Assembly: GCF_009914755.1 (NCBI RefSeq)
Contig: NC_060935.1
Length of the DNA: 64,000 nt
Reading direction: 5' to 3' (one strand)
Source of the DNA: the human T2T-CHM13v2.0 reference genome, Homo sapiens
Part shown: one piece after another, positions 14,416 to 28,381 of the stretch
Layout of the letters: every line of letters begins with the position of its first letter
How positions within the stretch are numbered: position 1 is the first letter of the stretch
The notes under the pieces: generated by a model
What the model was told of the DNA's origin: nothing
The model's input: only the letters and a program-made list of their open reading frames with translations
The model's database searches: none
Made by a program: the position numbers and the translations under genes

Positions 14416-14552
14416 TTGAGGCTCAGAGGGGTTAAACCATCTGTTTAATGTTCAGTGAGTAGCATGTGATGGACCGTGGTATAGAGCCCTGGCCATTATG
14501 TTGCCATGGAGCCGATCTTACTGACTTAGCCTTTAGTTTGAGAACTTCCTGT

Positions 14553-14585
14553 GGAGGAGGAGGAGGAGGAGGAGGATGAGGATGG
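14553..14585. repeat. (GGA)n microsatellite
   Basis: About 8 GGA units then GAT-interrupted units. Confidence 0.9.
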
Positions 14586-15111
14586 GTGCGGACAGTGATG
14601 ACTCACAGGGGATTCTGCTCATGTAGACCCACATCTTTTCAGCGGGGCAGCGGGGTTAGGCGCTGATGTATGCCTGGTATTGTGCTTTCCATATGTGATC
14701 TCGTTCAGTCCTCATAAAGGTCATAAGGTCTGTGGGGGTATTACTACTTACAGGTTGGAAACTCAGAGAGGTTTGGGACTTGACTGAGGCATCCCAGCCA
14801 GTAATTGGAAACAGCAGGTTTTGGATCTAGGTTTCTCTTTGCCCGTTTCACAGATTCTCACTGAAGGCGACCAGGCTGCCTGGCTACATCTGCACAAAGC
14901 TAAGAAGTAGCCATTGTGGATGTGGGGAATCCCTGTGTGGATACTAGGGGTCTCAAGAACTTACGTCATGATGGAGTGATAAGTGTCTGCCTCCCATGCT
15001 CCAGGTCACAGTTGTTCCCAGCTTCTGGAAACTTCCTTTAATCCATCCCATGATGGTAGCCTCTTCCCATTTCCTTAACACGTGTTTGAAGACTGAATTG
15101 ATGTCTTATAG

Positions 15112-15716
15112 TGTACACGTGTGTGTGTGTGTGTGTGTGTATGTATGTGTTTGTGTGGGGGGGGAAGGTGTGTGGGTGTATGTTTGGAGGGGATGTGTTG
15201 GAGTGTGGGTGTATGTGTGTAGTGGGGTGTGGGTTGTGGGTGTCGGTGTGTGGGAGCTTGCAGATGTGTGTGGGAGGGTTATGAGTGTGTGTGGGTGTAT
15301 GTGTGGAGTGTGTGTGTGTGGGATGTGTGTGTATGTGGAATGGGTGTGGGCATATGTGTAGAGTGGGTGTTGGGTGTTTGTGTATGTGGAATGGGTGTGG
15401 GTGTATGTGTGGAGTGTGTACGTGTGCAGCATGTGTGTATAGGGTGTGCGTGTAAGGGGTGTGTGTGTGTGCTGTATGTGTATGAAAGGTATATGAAGAG
15501 GTGGGGTGTATGTGTGTAATGTACGTGTGTAGGGTGTGTGTATGTGGAGTGTATGTGGGTGGGTATATGTGTGGAGTGTATGTGTGTAGGGTGTGTGTTT
15601 ATATGTAGCGTGTGTGTATATGGGGTGTGGGTGGGCGGGTGTATGTGTGGAGTGTGTGTATGTATAGGGTGTGTGTGTCTGTGAGGAGTGTGTGTGTGTG
15701 GGTATATGTATGTATA
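15112..15716. repeat. ~600-bp compound (GT)n / GTGG / ATGT low-complexity repeat
   Basis: Continuous TG-rich degenerate tandem array. Confidence 0.95.
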
Positions 15717-16431
15717 CAGATATACTTGAGGTCTGTCCCCTCAGTCATTCTCTAGATGACTCTGAAGAAAGGATACTCCCTAAAAAGCTTATTGACTCAC
15801 TCTCCTAGAGGAAGACCGGGTCACAGTGAACCTCTTGGGAGCTGGAACTCTCTAGAGGTTGCTGAGGGGCCTGAGAGTTGATGATACTTGATGAAGGGAA
15901 CATTTTGTCTCAAACTTTAAAAACTGGTGGTGAATCCTGGCTGCTAGTCTTTGTGGAAGCTAGTTATTTATTCAGCTAAAATTGGTTAAATTTCTATTAT
16001 ATGCCTGGTTACAGGGTGAGCGCTCAGGAAATGTGGAATAAATTAATTAATGACAAGTACAGTGCTCAGTTTTAATTGCAAGTGACAAAACTCAAGTCTG
16101 GCTAAATGAACTTAAAAAAGACATATTAGGAGGATACTGTTCAACTCATTGAAAGAAGACTAGGGAAGATCTGTAGAACCTGCCCAAAGCCAAGGGGTGT
16201 TGTGGGAAGCATGGGAATGAGGGCAGCTCTGGGAATTTCATGGACATCTCTGGGGGCAGCCATCAACTGACTCGGGCCCATTCACTTCAGACTCCTTTCA
16301 CAATTCAGATTCCTCAGGGAGCCTGGGTCACGGTTGATCGACTCCCCCAAATCATGTGGAGGGCGTGAGGGGTTGCTCCACAGAGGAAGGTGTTTCGAGC
16401 AGACACAGACACACATACAAGTATCCACTTC

Positions 16432-16660
16432 GGCTGGGTGCAGTGGCTCAGAGCTATAATCCCAGCACGTTGGGAAGCTGAGGCGGGTGGATTACTTGAG
16501 GCCAGGATTTTGAGACCAGCTTGGGGCCTGGTGGTGCATGCCTGCAGTCCTAGCTATTTGGGAGGCTGAGGCAGGAGGATCACTTAGGCCCAGGAGGTTG
16601 AAGGTGGGGTGAGCTGTAATTGCGCCATTGCATTCCAGCCTGGGCAACAGAGTGAGTCTT
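16432..16660 (+). mobile_element. Alu (AluJ-like, internally deleted), followed by a C-rich run
   Basis: Alu left and right arm sequence lacking the middle A-rich linker. Confidence 0.85.
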
Positions 16661-18261
16661 CCTGCATAAATTTGCCCCCCGTCCCCCCACCTCCCCCCCC
16701 CCGCCCGCCCACAGAATCTCCAGGAGTTTGTAGTCAGTGGGGAAAGACAGGTGAGTAAAGGGCTGTGATGGTTGGTGTCGAAAGTTTGTGCAAAGTGCAG
16801 TGGGAGCTTAGGGAGGTTTTAACTTTTGCATGCGGGAGCCATGCCCAGGTCAGGCATACAGAGGTTGTCCGAGCTGAGTTTTAAGGGCTAAGGAAATGTT
16901 TGTCAGTTGGACCAATGCCTTTCAGCAGAACTCCCTGTGTGATAGAGTGATCTAAAAGAATGGTGTGTCCAGGGAATGGTGTGTCCAACTGCTTGCTTGG
17001 TCTAGAGTGTGCATCATAGAAGGAGAAGTATGGGTGGAGCTGGATCTTAAAGGGCCCCACGTGCTCTGTTAGGCACTGGGCCTTTAAATTATAGGAGCTA
17101 AGCTATCATTGGATGATGTTACGTGGCAGAAGGACATGATCAGTTCTGAGTTTAGGGAAGTTGATCGGGGAGGTGGTAGCAGTGCCCTCAAATTCGACTC
17201 CCTTGAATGTGGCTATTAACCTGGGGATGCTGATTGTTGCAGACCAGCCAGAGAATGAGATGCTGGGGGAGCCAATCAAGAGACTGTCCACATGGCTGGA
17301 GAATCCCAAATAGCCATAGGATTTCCCAGTAACAACTTCTGCCGTGGATTCAGGGGGATGGTCGTGGGTGAAGGAAAGAGGCTGCTGGTGGCATTCATTG
17401 CCCATGGAATTCTAAGTGTTCGAGAGTGCTATATCTTGGACTTAGAGGGTCAGAGGCTGATGAAGCTTGTGAAGAAGCAGGTGTGGGGGGTTTATCCCCT
17501 GCCTCACCTCCACCTTTCACAACAGTCAGTTCTCTGTGCTTAGAAATCAGCAATGTGCTGTGCAGCAGCTGTCTGGGAAGAACATTGAACAGGAATGTAG
17601 AAACAGCTCAGGCCCTTATGCTGGGTGGGAATGGAATCACTTCCTTTAGATGGCCATTTTGTGAATTTTTACAGAGGAAGTTGAATGAGATTGAGAAAGC
17701 TTGGGTCCCCAGAGGTGGCTGGGGGCCGGGGGAGAGCTTCCTCTTTCTTATAAACAGGAGCTTCTGACAGGGAGTGACATAGCATTGTTTCCTTTGTGAT
17801 AGGTGGTTTCTGAAAACAGGAAAATCTTTACTCCTAATGTGAAAATTGAAAGCTTGTCCTTTGTAGGAATTGTGTCTGGAACCTGTTTGAACAGCATGGA
17901 GAAGGGTTTAGCGACCCTGGGGTTCAGATCCAAAAGATAAGTTTGATTCTACCTGTTGCCATGTTTTAGCTGTGTGGTTTTTGCCAAGTTACCTAACCTC
18001 CCTAAGTTTTAGGTTCCTCAACTGTAGTGAGTTACAGTAACTACCACCACAACCAACAGCAACAAAACCTAGCATGTGTTGAACTTACAGTGTACCAGGC
18101 ACCATACAAAAGCATCCTATATTCATTATCTCTTTTATACCTTACACAATCCTATGAAGCAGGTAGTGTTTTTATCAGCATTTAACAGATAAGGAAACCT
18201 AGGCACAGCAAGATAGGTAACTTGCCAGTTCCTCCCTTTCTCACCCCTCACCCCCTGAAAG

Positions 18262-18263
<2 letters not shown>

Positions 18264-18304
<41 letters not shown>
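18264..18304. repeat. (CA)~20 microsatellite ~200 nt upstream of STX3 exon 2
   Basis: Perfect dinucleotide run. Confidence 0.95.
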
Positions 18305-18305
<1 letters not shown>

Positions 18306-18501
18306 CCCAGCAATTGGTAGAGCTAGGATTTAATTTCAGATGTTGAGACACCGGAATTTGATATATCAGAGAGCTGTTATGAGTTTTAAAGGAAATTATG
18401 TGTAAAATGCTGAATATAGTTCCTAGTACTTCGTGAGCATTCAATAATTTAGCCATTTATTGTGTTTTTAGCCTCACTCTGCTCTTTTTTGCCTTTTGCA
18501 G

Positions 18502-18585
18502 AAGCAGCTGACACAGGATGATGATACTGATGCGGTTGAGATTGCTATCGACAACACGGCTTTTATGGACGAGTTCTTTTCTGAG
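18502..18585 (+). CDS. STX3: Syntaxin-3 exon 2 ([28 protein letters not shown])
   Basis: Pyrimidine tract + CAG acceptor; donor GTAGGC; 84 nt, phase 0/0. Confidence 0.97.
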
Positions 18586-18988
18586 GTAGGCAACCTTCCT
18601 GTATTTTTTTCTAAATGTACATAAGGAAACACTGTTTCCTTAGTAAGAATAAAAAACCTTAGATTTTTCAGGGTAGCAGAGGAAGGTCACAGTTTTTTGC
18701 TAGGGTGGGATGGCCAGACAAAGAAATTAAAATAACATTATTTTCAATATTTACTTGAATCTGGATTTTTAAAAATCTTAAGAAAGTCAGCAGAGGGTCA
18801 ATTATATGTAATTGAAGAGATGCTTTTAAAATCTTACTCCGTATGACAACATTTTAATGATATCCTTTCTTGCTTAAAGTACATAACAAATACAGAATCA
18901 ACCATAGGATCACAACCATGAGTATAAAACATTGCATCTTTAGGCTTGTGATTCAGATACATCAAATGTGTAGTTTTGAAAATTTTGG

Positions 18989-19307
<319 letters not shown>

Positions 19308-19632
19308 TTAATTCTAGTGGTAACTGAGAAACCAAACTGCCAGTTTAGTTTTGTAAAAGTTCAACAGGGGCAAAAATGGGTTCATGTCTACAGATCCATG
19401 TACTCTGATCTTAAAGGTCCTCAATGGGATGGTACTATGATAGGTAGGTGGTGGAGGAAAGCTTGTAGAGGCAGTAGTATATCGTGGATGAAAACACTGG
19501 CTTTCGAGCTGGGTAAACTTGGGCCCAAATCTCAACCCTGCTTCTGAGAAGCTGTTGATTTCATGAACGTTCCTTAACAATCTGTGTCTGGGCTTCCTTA
19601 CCTGTAAATTAGGATTGATAATGTAATTTCCC

Positions 19633-19750
19633 ACAGGTGGGATCACCTGAGCCTAGGAGTTTGAGGCTGCAGTGAGCTATGATCATGCCACTGCATTCTA
19701 GCCTGGGCAACAGAGTGAGACCTTGTCCCCTAAAAAAAAAAAAAAAAAAA
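19633..19750 (+). mobile_element. Truncated Alu right-arm fragment
   Basis: GGATCACCTGAGCCTAGGAG...poly(A). Confidence 0.85.
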
Positions 19751-19841
19751 ATTCACTGGTGATCCAGTGTTTAGGTAAGAAAAGAAAAAAACAATAAACA
19801 ACAAAAATCCCCATTGAGTTGCATAAGGATTAAGAGGGACA

Positions 19842-20232
<391 letters not shown>

Positions 20233-22844
20233 TCACTATTGTTGAAGTTTCTGCCACCATACTATGGTTTCTTAGGTTTTTAATTTCCCCTGGAAAGAAA
20301 ACAAGAAGTATCGTGCTCTTTTTGCAGAGAGAATGTGATGCTTCCCATCCTCTAGACTGTGGATGTGGAAAAGTAACCCTCCAGTTTTTTTTCTGAAAGG
20401 AATGGAGTGGGGCATGACGGTTCGTGCCCATTTATCTGTTAGAGTAATAAACAGGAATTAAGAATAAACTTGAATGTGTGCTGGCCTGATTGGGAAGTTG
20501 GCTGTAAACTCTCCACAGATCCCCACCCTCCTCACAGGCGGGTCCATCAGAGTCATAGTGAGATCAAACAACACTTAGGCTTTGTGAGTCCAGTGTTACT
20601 CCAATTGTGGATCGTGGAAGGACAATATCCTTTCACTCCGTGATGGGGGTGGACTTAAGGAGATGTTTGAAGTCTTTCTAGCTCATCTCAGTCTGCCTTG
20701 GAGAACCAGATACATTAAAGAACTTCTTCCCTAAGATAAGGAATCTTTTCCAATAACTGTGTTCTCCTTTTTCTTCTGAGCCAGTCAGAGGGTCCCTGAG
20801 AGGACCCTCTTTGTTAGGTGTGAAGATGGTGGGCTTTGGCCTCTAAAACATGGTTTGAGTCCACTTTTCAAGCATTTCGTAGCAGTGTAACCTTGGTCAG
20901 GTTGCTTAACATCTCTTAGTTTTAATGTCCTGCTCTGGAAATTGGGAGTGTTAGTACTTACCTTTCAAGGATGCCATGAGGATCATATGAGATCACACAT
21001 CTGGGAAGGATCGTCAGACATAAAAGCACTGGATGGGTGGTAGCTACTTCTGAAGAGGCTGTTGAAGATTTAACAAGACCTTCAGGGCTGCTGCATTGCT
21101 TATTTCTTTCTCTTTGTTATGTGTGTGTCTGTCATTTAGGGAAAAACCCCGTGAAACTTATATTTAGAGTGGAGAAGAGGGACAGCATGGGGAGGTGGAA
21201 AGAACATGATCTTTGAATTAAATTCCATATCTGCCACTAACTGTGTGATCTTGTTCACATTCCTTAACTGTTCCAAGTATCAGTGGGTTTATCTGTAAAC
21301 TGGGGAGAAAAATATTCATGTCATAGATTTGGTAGAGATTAAAGGAGCTAATGCTCAGAAAGTACTTAGCATGGGGTTCAGCAGTGTTACTTTCCTCTTT
21401 TCTTGGATCTGATAGAGCACAGAGAGGATAAGGCCTTGGGGGAGTGGGGAGAAGTAAGAGGGAGTGGATCAAGTAGGCTCTGGCCCCACCTAACATGGTC
21501 TGAATCTCAGCTCTGCCCATTACCAGTGGTACAATTTTGGAAAAGTTAACTACTCTAAACCCCAGTTTTCTCTAAAAAGAGAATATTACCTGTTGGATTT
21601 TATGGATATAAAATGAGAAAGGGTATGGGTGCACCTATCACAGTGCCTGACATCTAGTACATATGTTCTTATCACCCTTCTGTCCCCCAGTGTACTTATG
21701 AATAAGTAGACCACAAAGTTTATTTTATAGAATGTGGTGTAGATATACTGTTGAAATTGGGATAAATTATGTTTCAGAGAATAGAGATTTGGGGAAATGA
21801 GAGATTGTCCCCCTCTATGTGACTGGTGATCATGCCCACTACACCCTGCAGGTTATATAACTAAGTCGCTTTCTTGGGAAAGCACTCTTGATAAAACTTA
21901 CTGTTTGGACTGGTTCCAGGAGGTCATCCTTGGTTATTTGCTGAGAGCATGAATCACAGCTTAGTCATAGAGGTATTTGCAAGGTGCACATGAAGTCATA
22001 GGACCAGGGTGTTTTCAGAATGTGATTTGCACTGTCAGATTCCATTGTATCTTCTCTAGCTTCTTGATCGTTGGAAAAAAAGATTGGCCCTTGGGTTTTC
22101 AGGCCACTTTGGCTGATCAAGCCAGAGCCTGGTAAATGATAAACGCCACATTTTTGTCTAATTTGCAGTTGTCTATATTTTTCTTGGTTTGTTTGCTCAG
22201 TTGGCAGAAAGTAATGTTCAGATGAAACAGACCTGCCTTTGGAGGCAGAAACATTAGGGGTTTATTTTTCTGTATTCGTTTATCTATTCATCAAAGTATT
22301 TGAGCGCTTACTGTCTTCAAGATAGCATGTTAGGTGCTGGGGATCCAATGTTCTGTGACAGGATTCTCGCCCCCTGTTGTCTCCTTATCTGGTAAGGGTG
22401 ATAGAAATTTTTAAAATGTTGTTATATGATAAGAAAAGTGTCAGTAAGGTACCATGGGAGCACAGAAGAGGAAGCGTTAAATTCTGCCTGCAGAGAGGAA
22501 GGTGAGGGAAGATTTCCCTGGTTCTTAACTAGACTTGTCATCAGAATCACCTGGGGAGTTTTTTGCACATACACATACCTGATTCTTAGGGACTGGAATG
22601 GCTCAGACTTTTGGATTTTTAGGAATGTCTTCCGGATAATTCTGTTGCCTACTGCAGCTATGCACCACTGCAAAGTGATGGGGAACCTTCGAGGATTTAA
22701 ACAAGGAAGTGATGGGCTCAGAGTGTGTTTTAGAAAATTCACTCCGATGGCAGTTTGTGGAGGGTGCGAAAGACCTGAAATGGAAAGACCAGCAAGCCAG
22801 CGATGGAGCCTTGACCTGAATCTGTGATCCTGAGCAGCAGTGTA

Positions 22845-23880
22845 GCCTATCATTTAGGGATGCTTTTGACTAACTGTGGCTTAAGCAACAAAGATATGTA
22901 ATTATTTTGCATATGAAGTAGTTTGGGGTTAGGGATGGTGCCGTTTAAAGGTCAGCTTGGGGTTCTAGGTCAGCATCACTGTGATCCTCTTGGCTTTTCT
23001 CTTAGGATTGTGAGAGAGAGAGTCTGTTCTGTGATTATCTATTGTTATATCACAGCATAGCCCCAATATTTAGTGGTATAAAACAACTGTTTGTTTTGCT
23101 GACAGATTCTGTGGAGTAGGAATTCAAACAGGGCAAAGTGGGTCCGGATTACTTCTGCTCTACAATTTCTGGGGCTTTTATTGGGAAGACTTGAACAACT
23201 GCAGGCTAGAATCTTGTAGAGGCTTTTAAAATTTTACTGTCTGGTGCCTTTACTGGGGTGGCTCAAGGGAAAAGCTCAGCAGAGACTGTCAGTCAGAGCA
23301 CCTACACTTGGCTTCTTTCTGTGGCTTGGGCTTCTCGTAGCTGGCCCACTTAGGGCTATTGAACTTGTTACATAGAAGCTCAGGGATGCAAGGCAAGTGT
23401 TCCAGCTACAGAAGTTACATAGCACATCACTTCTGCTTGGCTCTGTTACTGAAGCAGTCACAAGCCTGCCAGATTAAAAGAGCGGTACATAGGTCCCACC
23501 TGCCTGTGTTTTGAAACCACCAGAGTCAGAGCTCTATTTGGCATCACCCTGTGACAGCGTTGCAAGCATTAAGAAAGGGTGCAGCTAGAAAAGTCCAAAG
23601 GTCCTTTCATCAGAGAGGAAAACTGCCCAGATCCTCCAATCTGACTTCCCTTGTGGCCTCCTGGATAGCACTGGGTCACATGGTGTGGGCCTCCTTAGCT
23701 GGAAGGGACACCAGGAAAGTGAGTACTCAGCAAAGGGACAGGATTGCCAGGATTGCCATCAAACACATCATGATTCATCCTCTGGGGCTGGCAATGCCAC
23801 TACCCAAACAAAGTCAGATTTCTGTTAAAAAGAAAGAGAGGGAAGGGGCCAGGGAATGGCTGTTTGTTGGGTCAGTGAAA
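22845..23880. mobile_element. Old MaLR (MLT1-type) LTR relics, probably nested
   Basis: MLT1-like motifs (GGCTTAAGCAACAAAG; TTAGTGGTATAAAACAAC...CAGATTCTGTGG); subfamily unresolved. Confidence 0.45.
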
Positions 23881-24054
23881 ATGCGTTGTCACAGATGGCA
23901 GTGTGAGGTGCAAAAAGCCTTCTGTGATCAAATATGTTTGAGAAATGCTTCCTGCTTCTTTCTTCTCTTGGAAACTTAAAATGCACGTTAACTTATTGAA
24001 AGCTCTAAGAAGTCCTGTAATAAATCAGCTTAACTTGGCTATCCTAGCATTTAA

Positions 24055-24809
<755 letters not shown>

Positions 24810-25453
24810 GAAGTATGCATTTGTAGTGGTATAACAGACCATTTGTAGTGATATAAGAAGCATACTTGTCTCCTGCAGTTACTTATATTCATTTATTTAT
24901 TCAGCAAATGTCTACTGAGTAACCCACATGCTTGACAGTGATGAATATCAAGTAGTCTAAGTTGAGCAACACGTGGTCCTAGTGCTTGAGGGGATCTGAA
25001 TCAGTTCTGGGAGAAGTTAGGGTGGATAAATTGTGGGCATAGTGCAGCAGAGCCTGGCTGGGGTGAGGGGTGGGTGGAGCAATACCTGGCTGGAGGAGCT
25101 GTGAGGTGACCAGTCTTGAAGCATATGGATTTGCTAGGTATGCTTGATTTTTGTTAGAACTAAGAACCTCAAAGTGAATCCAACTTGGAAATCCACACAT
25201 TAAATCTAGCAGGTTAAATACTTTTTAATTCTTTAAGTAGAATATTGGATGACAATGACCTACCAGGCAAACTGGTAGATTCTGCATTTCTGGGCTCTTC
25301 CAATGGGGCAGGCAGGAAGCCTTGCCAGTCATTTGCCTATTTGCATTCAGGACCATTCCCTACTGTCCTTCCTCTGCTCTTCTCTGTATCACAGGGAACT
25401 ACATTTCCCAGCTTCCCCTGCCAATTGCTTTTGGTATATTTGACTAAGGAGAG

Positions 25454-25789
25454 TGTTATGGACTGAATGTTTGTGTCCCCTCAAAATTCATATGCTGGAG
25501 TCTAATCGCCAATGTGATGGTATTTGGAGGTAGGGCTTTTGGGAGGTAATTAGGTCATGAGGGCGAATTAGTACCCTTATAAAAAGAGACGTGAGAAAGA
25601 TGATCTCTCTCTCAGCCATGTGAAGATACTGGAAGAAGGCAGCTGTCTACAAGCCAGGAAGAGGGTCCTCCTCAGACATCAGATTTGCCAGTGGACTTCC
25701 TAGCCTCCAGTACTGTGAGAAATATATCCTGTGTTTAAGCCACCTAGGCTATGGTATTTTTCTTACAGGAACCTGAACAGATTAAGACA
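25454..25789 (+). mobile_element. MLT1A-like MaLR solo LTR
   Basis: TGTTATGGACTGAATGTTTGTGTCCCC...GATTAAGACA. Confidence 0.75.
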
Positions 25790-26377
25790 GTGAGGTACTA
25801 GCAGAAGACTCAAGGAGGAGGGAAGAGACCATAGTTTTCCTCCTTTCTCTCTCTACCTCAGACATGCCTTCTTCATGGCCTCAGCTCTTTCTCAATAGAC
25901 CCCGCCTCCATGGTCCCAGTTCTGCTGGTCAACTCCACCATGGTCTGGTCCCCATCAGACAGCTCTGGCTTTAGGCTCTGGTGACCCTGCCTTCCTTCTC
26001 TTTCGCTCTGACCTGCTGTTGCTAATTTTCAGAGTGCCCCAGCAAACTTCTGTTTGGCTTCTTGACGCTTCCATCCCTGCATAAACAATCCCTTTATTAT
26101 ATTACTTTGATTAAAATAACTAGATAGGTTTTCACTTTCCTGACTAAGTTTTGAGTGATGCAAAGCCCCAACACACTTAATTTACTTGAGATTATTGTCT
26201 CAGAATACTTGTTTTCATTGGTCAGTATAATTCTGAGATCATTCTTTTCTTTTCATTCATAAAAGGAGAATTGAAACATTAGTCCTGGTCTTGATAAAAT
26301 GCTTTTGGGACTTGACTTCCATTGCTTGGTTGACTGAGGTGGCCTTTTCCCTCCCTTTTCATCAACATTTGTTTTCT

Positions 26378-27042
26378 TTTTTTTTTTTTTTTATATTAGC
26401 ACAAACACATTTATTTATTAACCAAAGGGATGATCCTAATTAATCCAACACACTTTGAAATAGCTGCATGTAAAATGTTTATGATAAAGATAATTGAACA
26501 CAGTAATGAAAAAAAAAAGAAAGAAACAGTATGGAGATTTGCTCATTGAACTGAGCTTGGTCATTCTCTTAATTAACTCCTGTCCAAAGTGATGATGGAA
26601 TTTTTATTCTACTTTTTCATAGATCCGAGTACAGGTGACATTGTTCATGACACACTCCACCACTAATTTCCCATCTTTCAATTTTCTTGTTATTGTGCTT
26701 TCCTTCCCATCCCACTCCTGATGCTGAACCAATGCACCATCTGTAAAGTTGCAGACAGTCTGAGTTTTTCTGCCATCAGCTGTGGTTTCTTCAAACTTCT
26801 CTCCCAGGGTACAAGAAAACTGTGTTGTTTTCAAAGTGCTCTCAGTTTTTATGGTGAGGTTTTTACCATCACAAGTGATGATACAATCTGGCTTGGCCAT
26901 TGCGCCCATTTTTCGCAAAGCTATTCCCACTCCTAGCTCCTTCATGTATTCATCAAAGCCTTTGCTGTCCACCAGGCGCCATCTTCCTTCCAGCTGCTGA
27001 ACTGTGGCCATGGTGGGTGCGGGCGGGCTGGCGTGCAGAGAG
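26378..27042 (-). pseudogene. FABP5P7: FABP5 processed retrocopy (probably FABP5P7); intact 135-aa ORF at 26604-27011
   Basis: Intronless FABP5 ORF; CCACCATGG Kozak; 3' UTR, AATAAA (26410-26415 on -) and poly(A) (T run to 26392); 15-bp TSD CAACATTTGTTTTCT at 26363-26377 and 27043-27057. Confidence 0.93.
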
Positions 27043-28001
27043 CAACATTTGTTTTCTAAAGCAAAGAAGCAAACAAATTAAAGAGGACTTGACTGAGCAG
27101 CTCTAATATGAAGACTGCTTGGGATTCTGTCATTTTTTGGGGAAAGTGAAGGTGTATAAATTGTGAAAAGGAGGGATCATTTGACAGTTAAAATCACATT
27201 GCTCTTGTCACCTCGCAATAAGTTTTCAATACGTAAATATGCAGCAATTAATGCTCAACTAGAGGTACAAGGTACCTGGGAGTTTAGGAGAGGCCGAGAC
27301 TAATTCTTAGGGAGAATAAACAGAGCTTTTTTGCTTAGCCTTCCATCTTACCCCATGCAACCTGCCAGTTCCACAAACTAGTACTTTCTCTGCTTTTCCT
27401 TGTTTAATTAGATTCCACTGGCTAATTAGGTCCAGAAGGAAGAGGCCATCCAGATCTCGAAAATAACTCCTTCCTTTTAGTTATAGTTATTAGTATAATA
27501 TAGTAATTATATTTGGCCACGCCCAACATGTAGAGTGATTGACTTGGGTGTTGACCTTAGATTTCCTTGGGTGGCTACTGATGAGGTCAGACTGTTTTAT
27601 TAAGACTTTTTTACAGGATTGCTATGAGGATTAAATGAGACATGCCTGTAAATGCACTGCATAGTACCTGGCATATGACAAATGTGCAGTAATTGCTGGC
27701 ATTTTTGTATTTATCATTGTCATCACCTAACATTTATTGAACATGTACTTTATGTTAAACATTTGGCATGTATTGTCTAATTTAATCTTCACAAAAACTC
27801 TAAAGTGGGAGTTGTGATAATTCTCATTTCACAGATGAGAGAACTGGTGCTTAGGGACACTTACAGGGTGCGTTCAAGGTCATAAAACTGCTAAGAGAGA
27901 TGGAGCAGAAACTGGAACCTGGTCTGTTTGATCTTAATTCCTTAAATCCTATATTATCTGGATTCCCGTATTACTAACAAAGCATTGAAAAGTACATTTT
28001 A

Positions 28002-28381
<380 letters not shown>

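Noticed and set aside
14996-15519. Val/Cys-rich and His/Thr-rich ORFs
   Set aside because: Translations of the GT microsatellite
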